Below, one piece after another: positions 47,488 to 60,532 of a stretch of 64,000 nucleotides of DNA (its first letter is position 1; every line of letters begins with the position of its first letter). The position numbers and the translations under genes were made by a program. This DNA comes from Antedon mediterranea (lineage: Eukaryota; Animalia; Echinodermata): contig NC_092673.1 in the NCBI RefSeq assembly GCF_964355755.1, positions 32,919,648 to 32,983,647 of the forward strand, read 5' to 3'. A model generated the notes under the pieces. It did not search any database, was not told the DNA's origin, and saw nothing but the letters and a program-made list of their open reading frames with translations.

Positions 47488-48529
47488 GGGTGTCACGAAA
47501 CCTAAGACCACGAAAACTAAGACCCCCCCCCCCCCTAAGACCTAAGATCACGAATATTTATCTTTCGCACCTGCCTTGTATTTTAACTCCCAACATTTAT
47601 TCTGAATACCACCCCTTATAATTGGCACTTTTATGAAAAAGAATCACATAAAAAGTAACAAATACATTTTTAAATTGATGATTTTACAGACGTTTTTCTC
47701 GCACACAAACTGTGTGAATTTTGCATGACTAGCCTACAGTACAGTAGGCCTACCCCATGTTCAATGTTTTTGTTTCTATGGAACGTCAAAAGAGCAAAAA
47801 TTATATAGAGGGCTAAAAACTCGGTGGAGTCCATCTACAGTGTGGATGGAACAATGTAAAATTAAAATTGTAATGATAATAGTATAATCATGCAAGCACG
47901 ATGAAATAAATACTGGCAAATAAATTTTAATTTAAAAATCATGATAATAAGTTTTTTTCTTTCGTTTTCTTTCTGTTTTTATACTTGTACTATTATTGTT
48001 GCTCTTTTGGCGCTTCATAGAAACAAAAACATTGAGCATTGGGGGAGCTCGAGGAGTTACAGGTAGAGATATTATAGTTCACTATAATATCTCTATGAGT
48101 ATACAAAGAAACATATCTCCTAATTTTAAAGTGTGGTATTCAGGATAAAGTTAGTCAACAAATTTGGAGTCAAAATACAAGAAAGGCAGGTGCGTAAGAA
48201 AAACATCCTCTGAACCAACACAATGGAGTAAATATATACTAACAAACAACCCGTCAAGTTTGTTTGTTGTAAAGAAAAAAATATACATTTACTCAACGGG
48301 CGAAAATAATGTGAGTTTATCTATGTTTTGCGGTAGTATTTAATTATATTTATGGTAATAAATGAAACCTACTGTGTTTAAAATTAGGGCCTATGTATGG
48401 ATAAACAAAGTATTGTTTTTAAGCTGTAGTATATCTTAGAATTTGTAATCTTAGGTCTTGGGTCTTAGCTTTCGTGATCTTAGGTCTTAGGGGGTCTTAG
48501 CTTTCGTGGTCTTAGGTTTCGTGACACCC
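47488..48529. mobile_element. Mutator-like non-autonomous element
   Basis: TIR GGGTGTCACGAAACCTAAGACCACGAAA with CTAAGAC subrepeats, a second inverted pair at about 47755-47800 and 48000-48045, and a degenerate 10-bp TSD gttcgtgtcc/gtttgtggcc. Confidence 0.75.
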
Positions 48530-48550
48530 GTTTGTGGCCAACTATTTCTA

Positions 48551-48973
48551 TGTAGAGTATGGAGTTGAGTCTTTTGTTTTGAAAATGTATAACGTTCAAA
48601 AGGCTTTAACTATCGAATTTAATATCAAAACAATCAATTTGTTTAAAGGCTTTTGTTAAAATAATAAAACTAATTATAAAGTTACTGCGAACATGATTTT
48701 AAACAACAAAAACAGCAATATCGGAACGGCTCTGGCTGTGCGCTCTATGCACGCTCTACGCGTGCACGTTTAGTTTGTACAGCGATTCTCTATAGTAATG
48801 CATTGTTTTTACATTTTGTTGTTTTAAATCATGTTCGCAGTAACTTTATGATTTCGTTATTATCTTAACAAAAACCTTTAAACAAATTGATTGTTTTGAT
48901 ATTAAATTCAATATTTAAAGCCTTGTGAATGTTATACATTTTTTAAGCAAATGAATCGACTCCATACTCTACA
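48551..48973. mobile_element. MITE with about 165-bp inverted arms and a TA flank
   Basis: TA|TGTAGAGTATGGAGT...ACTCCATACTCTACA|TA; the arms match throughout. Confidence 0.8.
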
Positions 48974-49372
48974 TAAACCAGTGATATGTAATAGCCTAAG
49001 GCTGGATAGTGGCAATCTTTTAATGTTATCGCGGTTCAAAAGTGATTCTCCATGGAGAGGGAACCAACAAGATGGCGGCTGCAATCGACCAATCAGATAT
49101 ACCCTACGCAGTACGCACTACTACGCCTGCGTTGAACCTATCTGCGTGAAAACGATACGCAACGCAGCGCATTTAGAACGCATTTTATCAAAGATAATAA
49201 AAGGAATAAAAACCTATTTATATTCTTTGATTTTATATAATCCTCGTATACAAAAAATGCTAGATTACCAAGAAATTATTCATTTTATTCCGATTAACAA
49301 TAATTATATTTAATTTTATAAACCTTCACTGTGCTTTGACAAGAATATGTGTTGTAATTTATGTGGTCTTAA

Positions 49373-49906
49373 AGATGTATTGTCCCTTGAAACACAAAAA
49401 AATAAAGGTAAAAATATTCTAAATTTAAAATGGCCATATCAAAGTAATATTAAAGTTATTCACTTTAAGTTGAAAATTCGAGCTAAAAACAACAAGTTTA
49501 CGTAATTAACAGGTAAATTAGTTTGATTACATTTCATCTGGAAAATCATCGCGAGCGAAAGTAAACAAAGATTTCAAACCATGAGTACGCATTATGCATA
49601 TGCTAATTAGGATTGTTTACAACTCGACACGGTTGAGAAGGTATTTTCACACAGATCATAAGGAGGTTTTATGATTATGCGCGCATACAGAGTAGCCAAA
49701 CAAGCGCGTTTCATTATGGGATATGTTTTGATCGAAAACTTTAACTGGAAGTCAGAGTTATTTTTTTTTAAAAGAACGTCTGTATTTCAGTTAAATGATT
49801 TTTTTTTCGAAAAATTTTTGGTGATAGTTAATAATTATTATGATACCTTTTTTCGAAATCTTAAATTTTTAATTTTTTTGGAATTAGGCAAAGGGACAAT
49901 ACCTCT
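49373..49906. mobile_element. Kolobok-type non-autonomous element
   Basis: TTAA|AGATGTATTGTCCCTT...AAGGGACAATACCTCT|TTAA. Confidence 0.8.
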
Positions 49907-49979
49907 TTAATGTATTATATTAGATTATTATTTTTTATATTAAAATAATGCTTTTGAACACATTTACGGCCGTTAGAAT

Positions 49980-50412
49980 CACTTTCCAGTCTGGAGTACG
50001 CCCTCTAGTGTTCTTATTACATCTCTCTGACATAAACATAATATTGGGACACAAAGATGGCCGGTGTGCACCCTACGTGACTTTCTAAAATCCGTTGCGT
50101 AACTCTTTATATTACATAGCCTATGTAAATACGTGAACGTGATTGGTTGAAACTGCGTCACATGACTACCACTGCAAGGATCGTAAATCGTATATATCCT
50201 CGAGGACGATGATATTGACTGAGTAATTTTCGCGTATTTTTCGGGTCCCCTGTCATTAAACATACACATTCTCGAGTTCGATAATATTGACTGTGTAATT
50301 TTCGTGTGGCAACACTCGCGTTTGCCGATAGATAAAAGTCATCTACTGGATCTTGAACTTGGGTGGAATTGTCACTCCATCGCAAGACAACGCTTCACCC
50401 GCTGCGCCACGG
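49980..50412 (-). mobile_element. Possible tRNA-derived SINE
   Basis: Minus-strand head TCCGTGGCGCAGCGG (A-box) and GTTCAAGATCC (B-box-like). The 3' boundary is uncertain. Confidence 0.4.
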
Positions 50413-50447
50413 AACTTGCTTGAAGAAATGAATCTTAAACTATTTAA

Positions 50448-52893
50448 AGATGTATTGTCCCCCCTGAAAAAAATTTTTTTTTCAATATTTTTGTTGAATA
50501 GGCCATTTTAATTGCACATAAAAGTTATTCACTTTGACCTCAATTTGGATTGAAAAAAAATATTTTTTTACACGGGAAAATCGCAATTTAATGCAAAAAT
50601 TAACCAACCGGAAGCTATATGTCTGGAAGACAAATGTGTTCCGGTTTAATTTAACCCTTGACCTGAGTTAGCTCATAAATATTCATATTGTATGGATACA
50701 TATCATCGTGTGGTGGGATGATGATGCTTTCCAAATCATCAACAGCCAACAACGATAGCAATGCACAGCTGGGAGCATGCGTGCGAGAGAGTCGAGTAGT
50801 GATGCGATACGAATCTTGAAGAAAACACGAAAACTATAGCTAGCAGAATGCTAAGTTAGAATTACAGTTGGTTGGTAATCTTATTCATTTAGGTGAGTTT
50901 TTGTTTCGCTAACAGGAGAGGCCTAGCTAGGCCCGAATTTGCTGCTACTGTACTAGTCTACTACTCTACTAGCACTGACAGTCTCGAGTAGCCTAACTGC
51001 TACCTACTTCTGTCTCTAAGTAGAGTGTTGTAGGCCTAGGCAGTACACTGCTAGTTAGGGCTACAGTAGACCACCACCAGAAGGGATGTGTTTTTGTTTA
51101 TAATTTTTTGTTTCTATCATGATGAATTGGTTTAATTTTTAAAGATTTCAACTATCTATTCGGCAGAGAAAATTACCAAATAAATCTAAATATTGTTTTG
51201 GATGTTTACTGATGCAATATTTTAAAAATATTTTCTGCATCAAATGCAATAGGTTCAAATTAAAAATCCGCAAATAAACATTTTATGCAGATATTTCTTT
51301 TTCTTTTTAGGTATTAACATTGATTGAACAATAAGAGCAAGTAGTGAGAAACATAAAATGTATCGTACAGTGGCAACATTCACAATTTTATTGAAACGTT
51401 TCTTACTATTAAAATGACACTTTGTAATGGATGTGAGCGATCTTAGATGACTATAGCTGTCGTAATTACTGCCACAATCAACACATTGATATTAGTAGAC
51501 AAATTGACACAAAAAACAATACAGGAATTCAATAAGATATACTGTATATATATTTTATTAACTCCTTTTGCACTCTAATATTTACAATAAAATTATGAAG
51601 TATAAGTAAATTTGAAGAATTTATCCTGTGTACTGTTGTAGTAGTTTTTTTTTATTTATTGAATGTTATGTTTACAAAATAATATACTGTTGTACATATA
51701 TACAAAAAAATTATACAATATTTTACAAGCTGGACAAGAACATATTGGCCGAATGCAGCAGGAGAGTCACAAATATTTTTCCTGCAATATCCAATCATAT
51801 TCCAATACCGAGTCTATCATTGTTGTCTTTGGGTTACCTCTGTTCCAGTCTTCATCAGCTCAATGTCTTTAAATAAAGTAAAAGCAAAGTATGAAAATCT
51901 GGAAAAAATAGATCATGCATATTTAGTGAAAAATTGGGCTGGTGAAATTGCTTACTTTGACATAGTCAAATAAGTATTCTACCTTTCTATGGTAAAACAC
52001 ATTACTTATAATGTTATAACTTATAAAAAGAGAAAATAAATATTTGACTTACTACAGTACAGAGAACATTTGTTTGTGTTGTAAAATGGCTAAGCTGGCT
52101 TTTCCCCTCTGTCTACTTGTACAGTGCTGCTGGAAGGTTCTCAATTTCAGGCTTGTATTGTAACCATTTTTCCTGAAAAATGTTTGTTTTATTTTTATCA
52201 TAAAAATTATTTAAACAAGCTTCAACTGTAAATGTATATGGTACAGCAAGCTGGCTGTATTTTCGGAATGTAGCTAAGATTGATGGCATATAGCCTAGGC
52301 CAGTCTATGGAGAGTACAATGTATAGGGCCTAGCTGGGCATCTTCTGCAGGGACCCGATTATCACAGTCTGCTTGCTACTAGCTTAGTAATATGCAGCAG
52401 CATGTATTAATTATTCTAGTATTCTAGGCCTAGGCTAGCCCTGAACTGAAAAAATCCCAGGCTAAGTTAATTAATTTACCTTCCTGTTATTATTGCGTTA
52501 TATATATTATTATATTTAAAATAACCGTCTAGGCCTACTTACCGACAAATTAACAGCTCAGCTTTACATACGCATAAAACCCACAGTCGAGTCGCGTCGA
52601 TCTCTCTGGTGGTGTTGTTCATACAACGTAACGTGCATCGTCAGATCTCTGGTGTGTGGATGCTCATTAACATATCATGCATATGTATGAGTTAGCTCTA
52701 CCGGCCAAATTTTTTGAGCCGATGAGTTCGAAAAAATGGTAAACTTATTTTGATTTTTTTATAAGCGAAATCAATATTTTTTTCGGATTTTTTTTTGGTG
52801 GAAGTGAATAACTTTATGTTAACTACAAAATGGTCTATTCAAAATTTGATTTTTTTCATCTTTATTTTTCATTTTTTGGGGGACAATACAACT
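50448..52893. mobile_element. Kolobok-type non-autonomous element (2.4 kb)
   Basis: TTAA|AGATGTATTGTCCCCC...GGGGGACAATACAACT|TTAA. The subterminal AAAGTTATTCACTT motif is shared with 49373-49906. Confidence 0.8.
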
Positions 52894-54210
52894 TTAAGCT
52901 ATGCATACATAGCGCCCTCATTTGTTGTTAGTCCACCCTAAATGTGATGAAACACCGTTTGTGATTGGTCAATACTCACGGTAGTAACTTAGTAATTATT
53001 ATTAAAATAGGCTTATTGATGGAAATTCTTCTGTTAATTTAAACGACCTAGGCCTAGGCCTAGGCCTAAGTGAATATTTTATTGCCAAGGAATCATTAAT
53101 TAGTAATTATCTGTAAATTATTCTTCGCAAGGTAAGGTGTCTAGGCAAGCTTGTTACGTTTAAATACACTACAAATACTAGGCCTAGGCCTAGGCCTACC
53201 TCTAGGCCTACTAGCTAGATCCTATCCTAGGAGGCCAGGCTAGGAGTAGTGTTGCCAAAGTGCGAGTCAACGAGGCACGCAATGCACGCATATTACACGC
53301 AATCCACGCAATGCATGCAATCCACGCAATGCATGCAATCCACGACGGTAATTGAACGGAAAAAATACCAACAGCGAGCGAGCTTTCGAATAATAATAAG
53401 CCTTTTTTTCGATAATATTTGTGTACAATTCATAAACATTTATGAATCACTTACTTACCGTTAATGTAATTATGTTAACAATTTCGAATATCCAAATGCG
53501 ACTTCGATGTTTACAGTTAGTTTTAGGTGGTGCCTGGTCACCGTCTAAGAAGCCTAGCTAACTAGCCTAGGCCCTATATAGTATACTGTAGCCCGCCCGC
53601 CGGGGAGTAGAGACCGTAGAGACGGCTATTCGCTGTATGCCTAGTACGCTCTAGGCCTAGCAGTAGCTTCTATATCAACGCTGTCAATGGACGAAATACA
53701 ATAGATTACAGATATTTTAAATCTAAGTCTTGTGAAACGTATTTTTTTCAACAAATTATCATCTAGTAGGAAGCCCTATATTGAGGGGCTAGACTAGGCT
53801 GTGTGGTGGGCCGGCGGGGGACATTTTGAAAAAAAAATAACTACAAGCGAGACCAACAAGAAGGGAGCAGCAGGCAGGCTTGACTTTATTTTAGTAGTAG
53901 TCTAGTACTAGTAGGGTATGTTTAGAACAACATAACATAAAATAATGATTTTATTTTATAATTACTCCTCTCTAATGTTTCATATGAACATACTAGATTA
54001 GGCCTATATTAAATTATTTATTATGTTTTTTTGGTGCCTCGGACTTTTGGTACAATAGTGCAATTACACTTCGTACTGACTCGCGTGAATTGCAATTAAT
54101 ATGGTCACGTGGGCCGTTGACTCCACTTACTCCAATGAATCCATGGCTTGCAGTTTGTCAATACCCGAGGCCTAGCCTAGCTTCACCCAACCCAGCAGAC
54201 TTGTTCTTGG

Positions 54211-54420
54211 TTATATAATATAACAGATATTGCCTTTTATATCGGTTAAATATAAGATTTGACATCCCCTCGGGAATGATATTAAGTTCTCGGGGAATAT
54301 ATATTTCCCTCAGCTGGCGCTTCGGGAAATATATATTCCCTCGAACTTAATATCATTCCCTCGGGGATGTCAAATCTTTTATTTAACCTCTAAGCAGTCA
54401 ATATCTGTATAATATATAAT
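54211..54420. repeat. About 200-bp near-perfect palindrome (hairpin MITE)
   Basis: ACAGATATTG...AAGATTTGACATCCCC...GGGAATATATATTTCCC is mirrored around about 54315. Confidence 0.85.
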
Positions 54421-55619
54421 GGCTCTGCCAATGGAGTAGCGCGCCCTCATAAAATTACAAAGTCAACATATGTAGAGGGGATCTACTACTAGGGGATAGA
54501 GTATTTGACTGAGTCCGCTATGTTTAGAGAAAGCGCTGCTTCATGCTGTGAAATGGCGTCGCCCAGTTTGACCTTTTAACCCTGTACTCCCGATGCTGTG
54601 TTTTGAATGCAAATTGAAGAACAGGATTGGCATTTATCAATATTTGCTTATACAGTATTTGTGCTTAAGCTGAAATATTTAAGAAGTGCTTAAGCAAATA
54701 ACTTAAGCTTATTTATAAAACCGTCTTAGCAGAGATTCTTGTATTATAAGTTCTTTTATTATTGTTGAGCCATGTCTCAGTTAGACAAATGATGTCAACA
54801 TATCTTAGTAACAATTCATTGTGGAAGATTTCCATTTTGTTTTTCAGACTTCTTAAATGGATGAGAAGTGCCTTTTATATCGTTAGGCCTATTGTAATAT
54901 TGCACTTAATGCCCAATAAGGCGCTTTCAACTGATTGCCATATGCCTTCATAGTACGATGCCTTTTACAGGCAAAACTGATTCAATCCCACTAACACCCT
55001 AGGCCTAGGCCCGCACTTCACACGGTTGTCAGATTGACAGACCATCAGGGCCAAGGACGATCGGGTACCAACGTGCATGGACGTTCGGGCTCAACTGTGT
55101 GGACGTTCGGGCCAATATAATTAGACGATCAGGCCCATTATAAAATAAAGGAAAGACTGACGATCGGGTCCAAGAAAAAAATTTGGATTTATGTTCACCA
55201 TAAATAAATTAAATGTGTTCTTTCCAGGAGTTCGTGATACAAAATAATGTAATATGTACTTGAGGCCTAGACCTGTAAGAGTATCGATGGGGACAGTAGA
55301 ATCTCTTTTTTGGGACACCTTCTATAATTATTTTCAATGGACACTTTCCCGCAAAAAAAGTTTAAGGGTCGAGGACACGACGTGCAATATAATTTAAACA
55401 TTTAATTACAAACGGCGACACTGACTTTATTTGCTGTTATTACGTTTTCATTTTAATTATAATGATTATTTCTGTATTACACTTGACTAAAAACGAAATA
55501 AATAATTCTAAAAAAACATCTTCATCGCCGGCAATACGCTGCTCACACGTGCAAGTAGCCTTTCCGTGTATATTATTTTAGTAAATAAGAGGTTGCCATG
55601 GAAAAAAAGATCGTAGCCT

Positions 55620-56030
55620 ACGTCATTCAATGAAATACTATAGTAATGCGTATTTTATTTTAAGGGAATCCCCGGTGAGCAAAAACACGTACCGGTAGCA
55701 TCCGCAAAAAAATGTTTAATCGGTTAAAAAAACTGTATATGATCATTTCACTGAAAATTATAGGCCTACGTCATTATTGCGTCACACACTATTAATGTAT
55801 GTTTGTTTTATATATAAAATGGAAATCCCCGGTCAAAAACACGTGTGTTGAGGAAATATTTGTCAAAATGTTTAATCGCCTTAAACAAACTGTATATCTG
55901 ATTTCACTGAATTTTTTTATAAAATACATAAACGGAACCGTTGTCTATTTGACACTATAGATGCCTGTTGTTTTTCTACTGTATATAAAATGAAATCCCG
56001 TGGTCAGCAAAAAACACACGTACGCGTGAT
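55620..56030. repeat. Three diverged tandem units (about 160 bp), the first two with NF-kB-consensus sites
   Basis: GGGAATCCCC (55664), GGAAATCCCC (55821) and a decayed GAAATCCCG (55992), each followed by GGT.AGCAAAAACACG-like sequence. Confidence 0.7.
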
Positions 56031-56250
56031 TTGACCCCAAGGCCCTCTGCAGGCTTTTTGCTTAATACCAATAAAATGTAAGCCTACATAACGGGCACAT
56101 TGAATCTAAATAGAAATAATAATTACTTATCGAATATAATATGTAATCCGGGAAGATAATTAGGTTATAAAGATAAGTATAAAATATGTAGAAAACGGTA
56201 ACAACGCTTTTTCGTTAAGAACAATCTCAACACTCAAAATACTCAGTTAA

Positions 56251-56879
56251 AGACCCCTTCCCTGCAATTTTGGACGTTTTTTGGAAAATAATACATATAT
56301 ATCACTTTAAAAACATTAAACCATGTCATTTCTTGTCTTAAATGTACGTTTTATGGTAAATTATGATAAAAAGTGAGAAACAATGCACTACCTAAGTAGC
56401 TTGCGGCGATCGACCTCTCGTGGACGGTCTTAGGCCTAGCCTAGCTAGGCTTAGTTTTGTAGGCCTAGCTGGTAAACATCGGTAACGTACGAACATCGTA
56501 CGCGAGCTATATACCTAGCCTGACGTTGTATAGTTGCTGCATTAATTGTCTTTCTATTTTTGCCAGACTCCGTTGATACAAATTGGGGAAAACCCGGTAT
56601 TTTCGCTGAAAAGTTAGGAGTCTTCCATTTGTTTTGGCCTCATCACGATCGATCGAAAAGTGGGCGAATTACAGGTGAAAAACAAAAATATCAATCCGCG
56701 CGCAATGCATTTTGGGATTTATAGCGGGCCGCTATAATTATTAGAATCGACTTATTTTTCACATTTTTAACCGTTTAAAGACGAAAAAAGTTATCGCAAT
56801 AGGACCATATAGTATTATTTTTTCATTAAATATAGTTTGTGATCTTAAATTAGATCTAAAAAACGTAGGGAATGGGGCT
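56251..56879. mobile_element. Kolobok-type non-autonomous element (second family)
   Basis: TTAA|AGACCCCTTCCCTGC...GTAGGGAATGGGGCT|TTAA. Confidence 0.72.
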
Positions 56880-57345
56880 TTAAATAAGACTTAACGGGTA
56901 AATCAACGGAAAAACTAACAATATTTCACTTCATCTCGGTATGCACCAGAGATCAAATTGATACGCCCTTATCTTTTTCAGTATTTTATTCACGAAGAGT
57001 TTTATATTATTTCAAAACATGGTTTCTCGCTCACCATTGGTCAGGTCATCAAATGATTGGTTGGTTGGTCATTTGGAATGTTCCATTATAAATCAAAGGG
57101 TATATTATTTTAAATACTATACAGTACTGTATTATTAATACTGAATATACGTTTCTTACTAATATTGCAACGTGTAGTTAGTGGCCTACGGCTTAAATCA
57201 TAAAGAAAGTACAGTTCACGTTAGGGTTGAAATTTAGGCTTAACATTAATTTAGGCCTAGTTTAAGTAAGCAAACTCGCGAAGTAAGCCTACTAACTAAG
57301 CCCGGAGTAGTAAGGCTTAGCCATAGCAAGTATAGGCGCCTAGCA

Positions 57346-57682
57346 TTTTTACTCGGGGTACCCGAGTCTAGGACTTACTCATTTTCTCCTCTTCTTCTTC
57401 CATCTGGACACTATTGAGTAAAAAGTGCGATTTTTAAAGTACTACTCCTCCCTTATTAGTTGTAGTATTGAGCTGGGATTTGGCATGAATATACTACAGG
57501 GACATGTCCTAAAATCTATAGAGCCGGATTTTTAAATTTCAGACCGGATGCAGCCATATGACGTCTCGAAGATGGTACCATATAGCCGTATTTGGTAGGT
57601 GTATGTGACGTCACATCTTGTCTTATGACGTCATTACAGCTTCATTTGCTGTACCCCGAGTATCGCACATTCGTGCTTTTTT
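57346..57682 (+). mobile_element. Helentron-associated (HINE-like) element, copy 1
   Basis: T-run, subTIR ACTCGGGGTAC...GTACCCCGAGT, terminal hairpin GCACATTCGTGC and T-run. It is repeated at 58211-58580. Confidence 0.72.
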
Positions 57683-57751
57683 GTTAATTAATTTGTTTGA
57701 TTAAAAAGCCACAATGTGTGACACACACCACAGCGTTATGTAGGTACATGC

Positions 57752-57824
57752 GGCTTTTTGGCGTATTGGTTATCACGTTTGCTCAACACGCAGAAGGTAC
57801 CTGGTTTGAGCCCGGGCGAAACCT
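57752..57824 (+). pseudogene. tRNA-Val(AAC) pseudogene
   Basis: TGGTTATCACGTTTGCTCAACACGCAGAAGG...GGTTTGAGCCCGGGCGAAACC followed by a T-run. The acceptor stem and B-box are mutated. Confidence 0.75.
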
Positions 57825-58036
57825 TTTTTTTAAACTTTATGATGAAAAGTACTGTATACGCAATATGATAATTATACACAGTATATCTTATTTTTATTAT
57901 TTTGTAAATACTTATTTTGTGTAATCGGTAATTATCGCTTTTACACATGTTTATTTTGCTTTGTGCTTATTACCATATTTATTTGTAATTTAAATGGATT
58001 AAAAAACTTTCTGTAACCAACATTTTTAGTGTAAGT

Positions 58037-58108
58037 GGTTTCGTAGTGTAGTGGTTGTCAAGTCTGCTTAACACGCAGAAGGTCCCGGTTCGAGCCCTAG
58101 CGAAACCT
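58037..58108 (+). tRNA. tRNA-Val(AAC)-like gene, probably a pseudogene
   Basis: Acceptor stem GGTTTCG/CGAAACC, anticodon arm TCTGC-TTAACAC-GCAGA and B-box GGTTCGAGCC. The T-stem and D-stem have mispairs. Confidence 0.7.
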
Positions 58109-58210
58109 ATTTGTCTTTAACTTTATGGTGAAATAACTGTATACGTAATATGATATAGAGTATATCTCGTTTAATACGAAAAGATGTTACAATTCAGTGA
58201 TTTATTTCTA

Positions 58211-58580
58211 TTTTTACTCGGGGTACCCATACCTCCATAGGGTACCTGAGTCTAGGACTCTCTCATCTTTTCCTCTTCTTCTTCCATCCGGACACTATTG
58301 AGCAAAAAGTGCGATTTATAAAGTACTACTCCTCCCTTATTCGTTGTAGTATTGAGCTCGGATTTAGCATGAATATACTACAGGGACATGTCCTCAAAGC
58401 TATAGAGTCGGATTTTTTAATTTCAAACCGGATGCAGCCATATCACCTCTCGAAGATGGTACCGTATAGCCGTATTTGGTAGCGCGGTTATTGATGTGTA
58501 TGTGACGTTACATCCGGTCTTATGACGTCATTACAGCTTCTTTCGCTGTACCCCGAGTATTGCACATTCGTGCTTGTTTT
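58211..58580 (+). mobile_element. Helentron-associated (HINE-like) element, copy 2
   Basis: Same ends and body as 57346-57682, with two small insertions. Confidence 0.72.
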
Positions 58581-59039
58581 TTACAAATCTGTCGATATTC
58601 ACATTAAACTGTGCAGGCAACTCTACCTATGTCGAACCTAATGGGGCTGGCATAAACAGTTAAACATTAGGTATGTACGAGTTGGTTGAGGTATGTGTTA
58701 GCAAAGTTGGGTATGAGTTGCTATGGGTACGATAGGGCCTACGATACGATAACACTTTATTGCAATTATCCTCATATAAAATATGTCAAAATTGAAGTTT
58801 AACATTGATGAAAAAGAGCGAGTTAGCAAAAAAACACATATTAATAATTATTATAATATATGACTTCATAAGTTCGATTGATTTAAAATTTAGCTAGCAA
58901 GATATATGTAATTTAATTTAAGGGTCTTTTTATAATAGGTCGTTTGGCATCAATTTAATTACAATTTACAAATATATGTATCAATAGAATCCAATTGGGG
59001 CTGACGAAATTACTAATTAATAAAATAGCAAAATTATGA

Positions 59040-59330
59040 AATAATTTACAATAAAGTTTTTAGATCTGGTATTTAGTCCCCGGAAGAATGAATCCAATTG
59101 CCCTACATTGTATCTGTTCTAATTATTAGTTCATTTGGGTTTGTGTAAGTCCTGTTCCCCATACTGGACTCTCGCGTATCCAATTGCTGATCTTACAACT
59201 GACCCGTAGAAGTCTATTCGGTGATAAGAAGAGAGATGTTCATTAATTCTGACCTCCTGCTGTCGCTTATGCAAAAATGCTTCTCAATGATGTTATCAAT
59301 CTCCAAATTTCTAAGTTTATCAGGATTCTA
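59040..59330 (-). mobile_element. Old CR1/L2 LINE remnant
   Basis: Fragments FLHKRQQEVRINEHLSS, FYGSVVRSAIGYA..VWGTGLT and LEQIQCRAI. Confidence 0.5.
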
Positions 59331-59659
59331 TGTGGGTACAAGTTGACCAGCAGGGGCGGATTTAGGTGGGAGGTATATACGTCAAAAATGGAACGCCGTG
59401 GTTACCTCAGTATGTGTGGCTATATAGTATAGTTTTAACTCTTCCCTGGTATAGTGTATCATCATCATCATAGAGGATATGTTAATAATAATATAGTGCA
59501 CTAACTGTGGTAACTGTGTCCTGTATAGTATACATTATAGCAACCGATTTTTTTTTCTACGCCACCCACCGATACGTAGGCTACTCAACTGTATCAATAC
59601 ATAATATTTATATTGATATATTTAATTTCCTCAACAAATTGATGTAAATAAATATTTAG

Positions 59660-59830
59660 CTATAATAAGCATTGAATTTTGCGCTTTTTTCGGGGCTTCC
59701 CCTAGACGTACGTTCGCATTGAACTTAAACGCAACGCAATAAAATCTATAATAAGCATTACATTTTGCGCTTTTTTCGGGGCTTCCCCTAGACGTACGTA
59801 CGTTCGCATTGAACTTGAACGCAACGCAAT
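59660..59830. repeat. About 86-bp tandem duplication containing GGGGCTTCCCC
   Basis: Units lie at 59660-59745 and 59746-59830. Confidence 0.85.
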
Positions 59831-60532
59831 CAAAACAAAATACTGAGTGAATGAACTATCGGCGACAAAATGTTATCGTCCTTTAATTAGTCAAGTGTGT
59901 TTATTGGAGGGAAAAAGTATGATTGTTTTGCTCATTGGTAGCATGCTACATGAGAGTACCTTTTCCTGCAAATTAGAGGTGCCATATCATGAATTTTTTG
60001 TGCGAGAGTACCATTTCCGGCCACCCGGGGCGTCATTTAACAAAGTTCGCTTTGCCACAGGTCCTGGCGATGGCCCTAACATTTGGGTTTGTTGTTGTAT
60101 GGGCTTGGAGATTGAGACGAGATCCTTTTGTATAGTAGTGCCATCATCGACGAAAACCGAATAATTATCATATAAATATGCATAAAATGTCATGCTTTGG
60201 GAAGTGAATCAATAGGTTAAAAGTCTTTCATAATAACATTGTTATAACCATAAATCGTAAGGTTTGTAAATTTGTAATTTGATCCTAATTCAGACCTTTT
60301 CTCATGCGAGCCAACCTAAATATGTACAGTAATATTGTATGCAATAGTGTACTTACCGTGCGAGTGGTCTTGAAATTTCGGATGTCCAACTCCCTGAGTT
60401 CAATGCATTTTTACCAAGCCATTTGAGAGAAGTCGGATTGCGCTTGTTGAGTTGGAAGAACTGGTACAGTAAAATATTTGATGCCTACTTATATATACGT
60501 ATATATCGTGATAGAATGTTTAATTTGATTAA

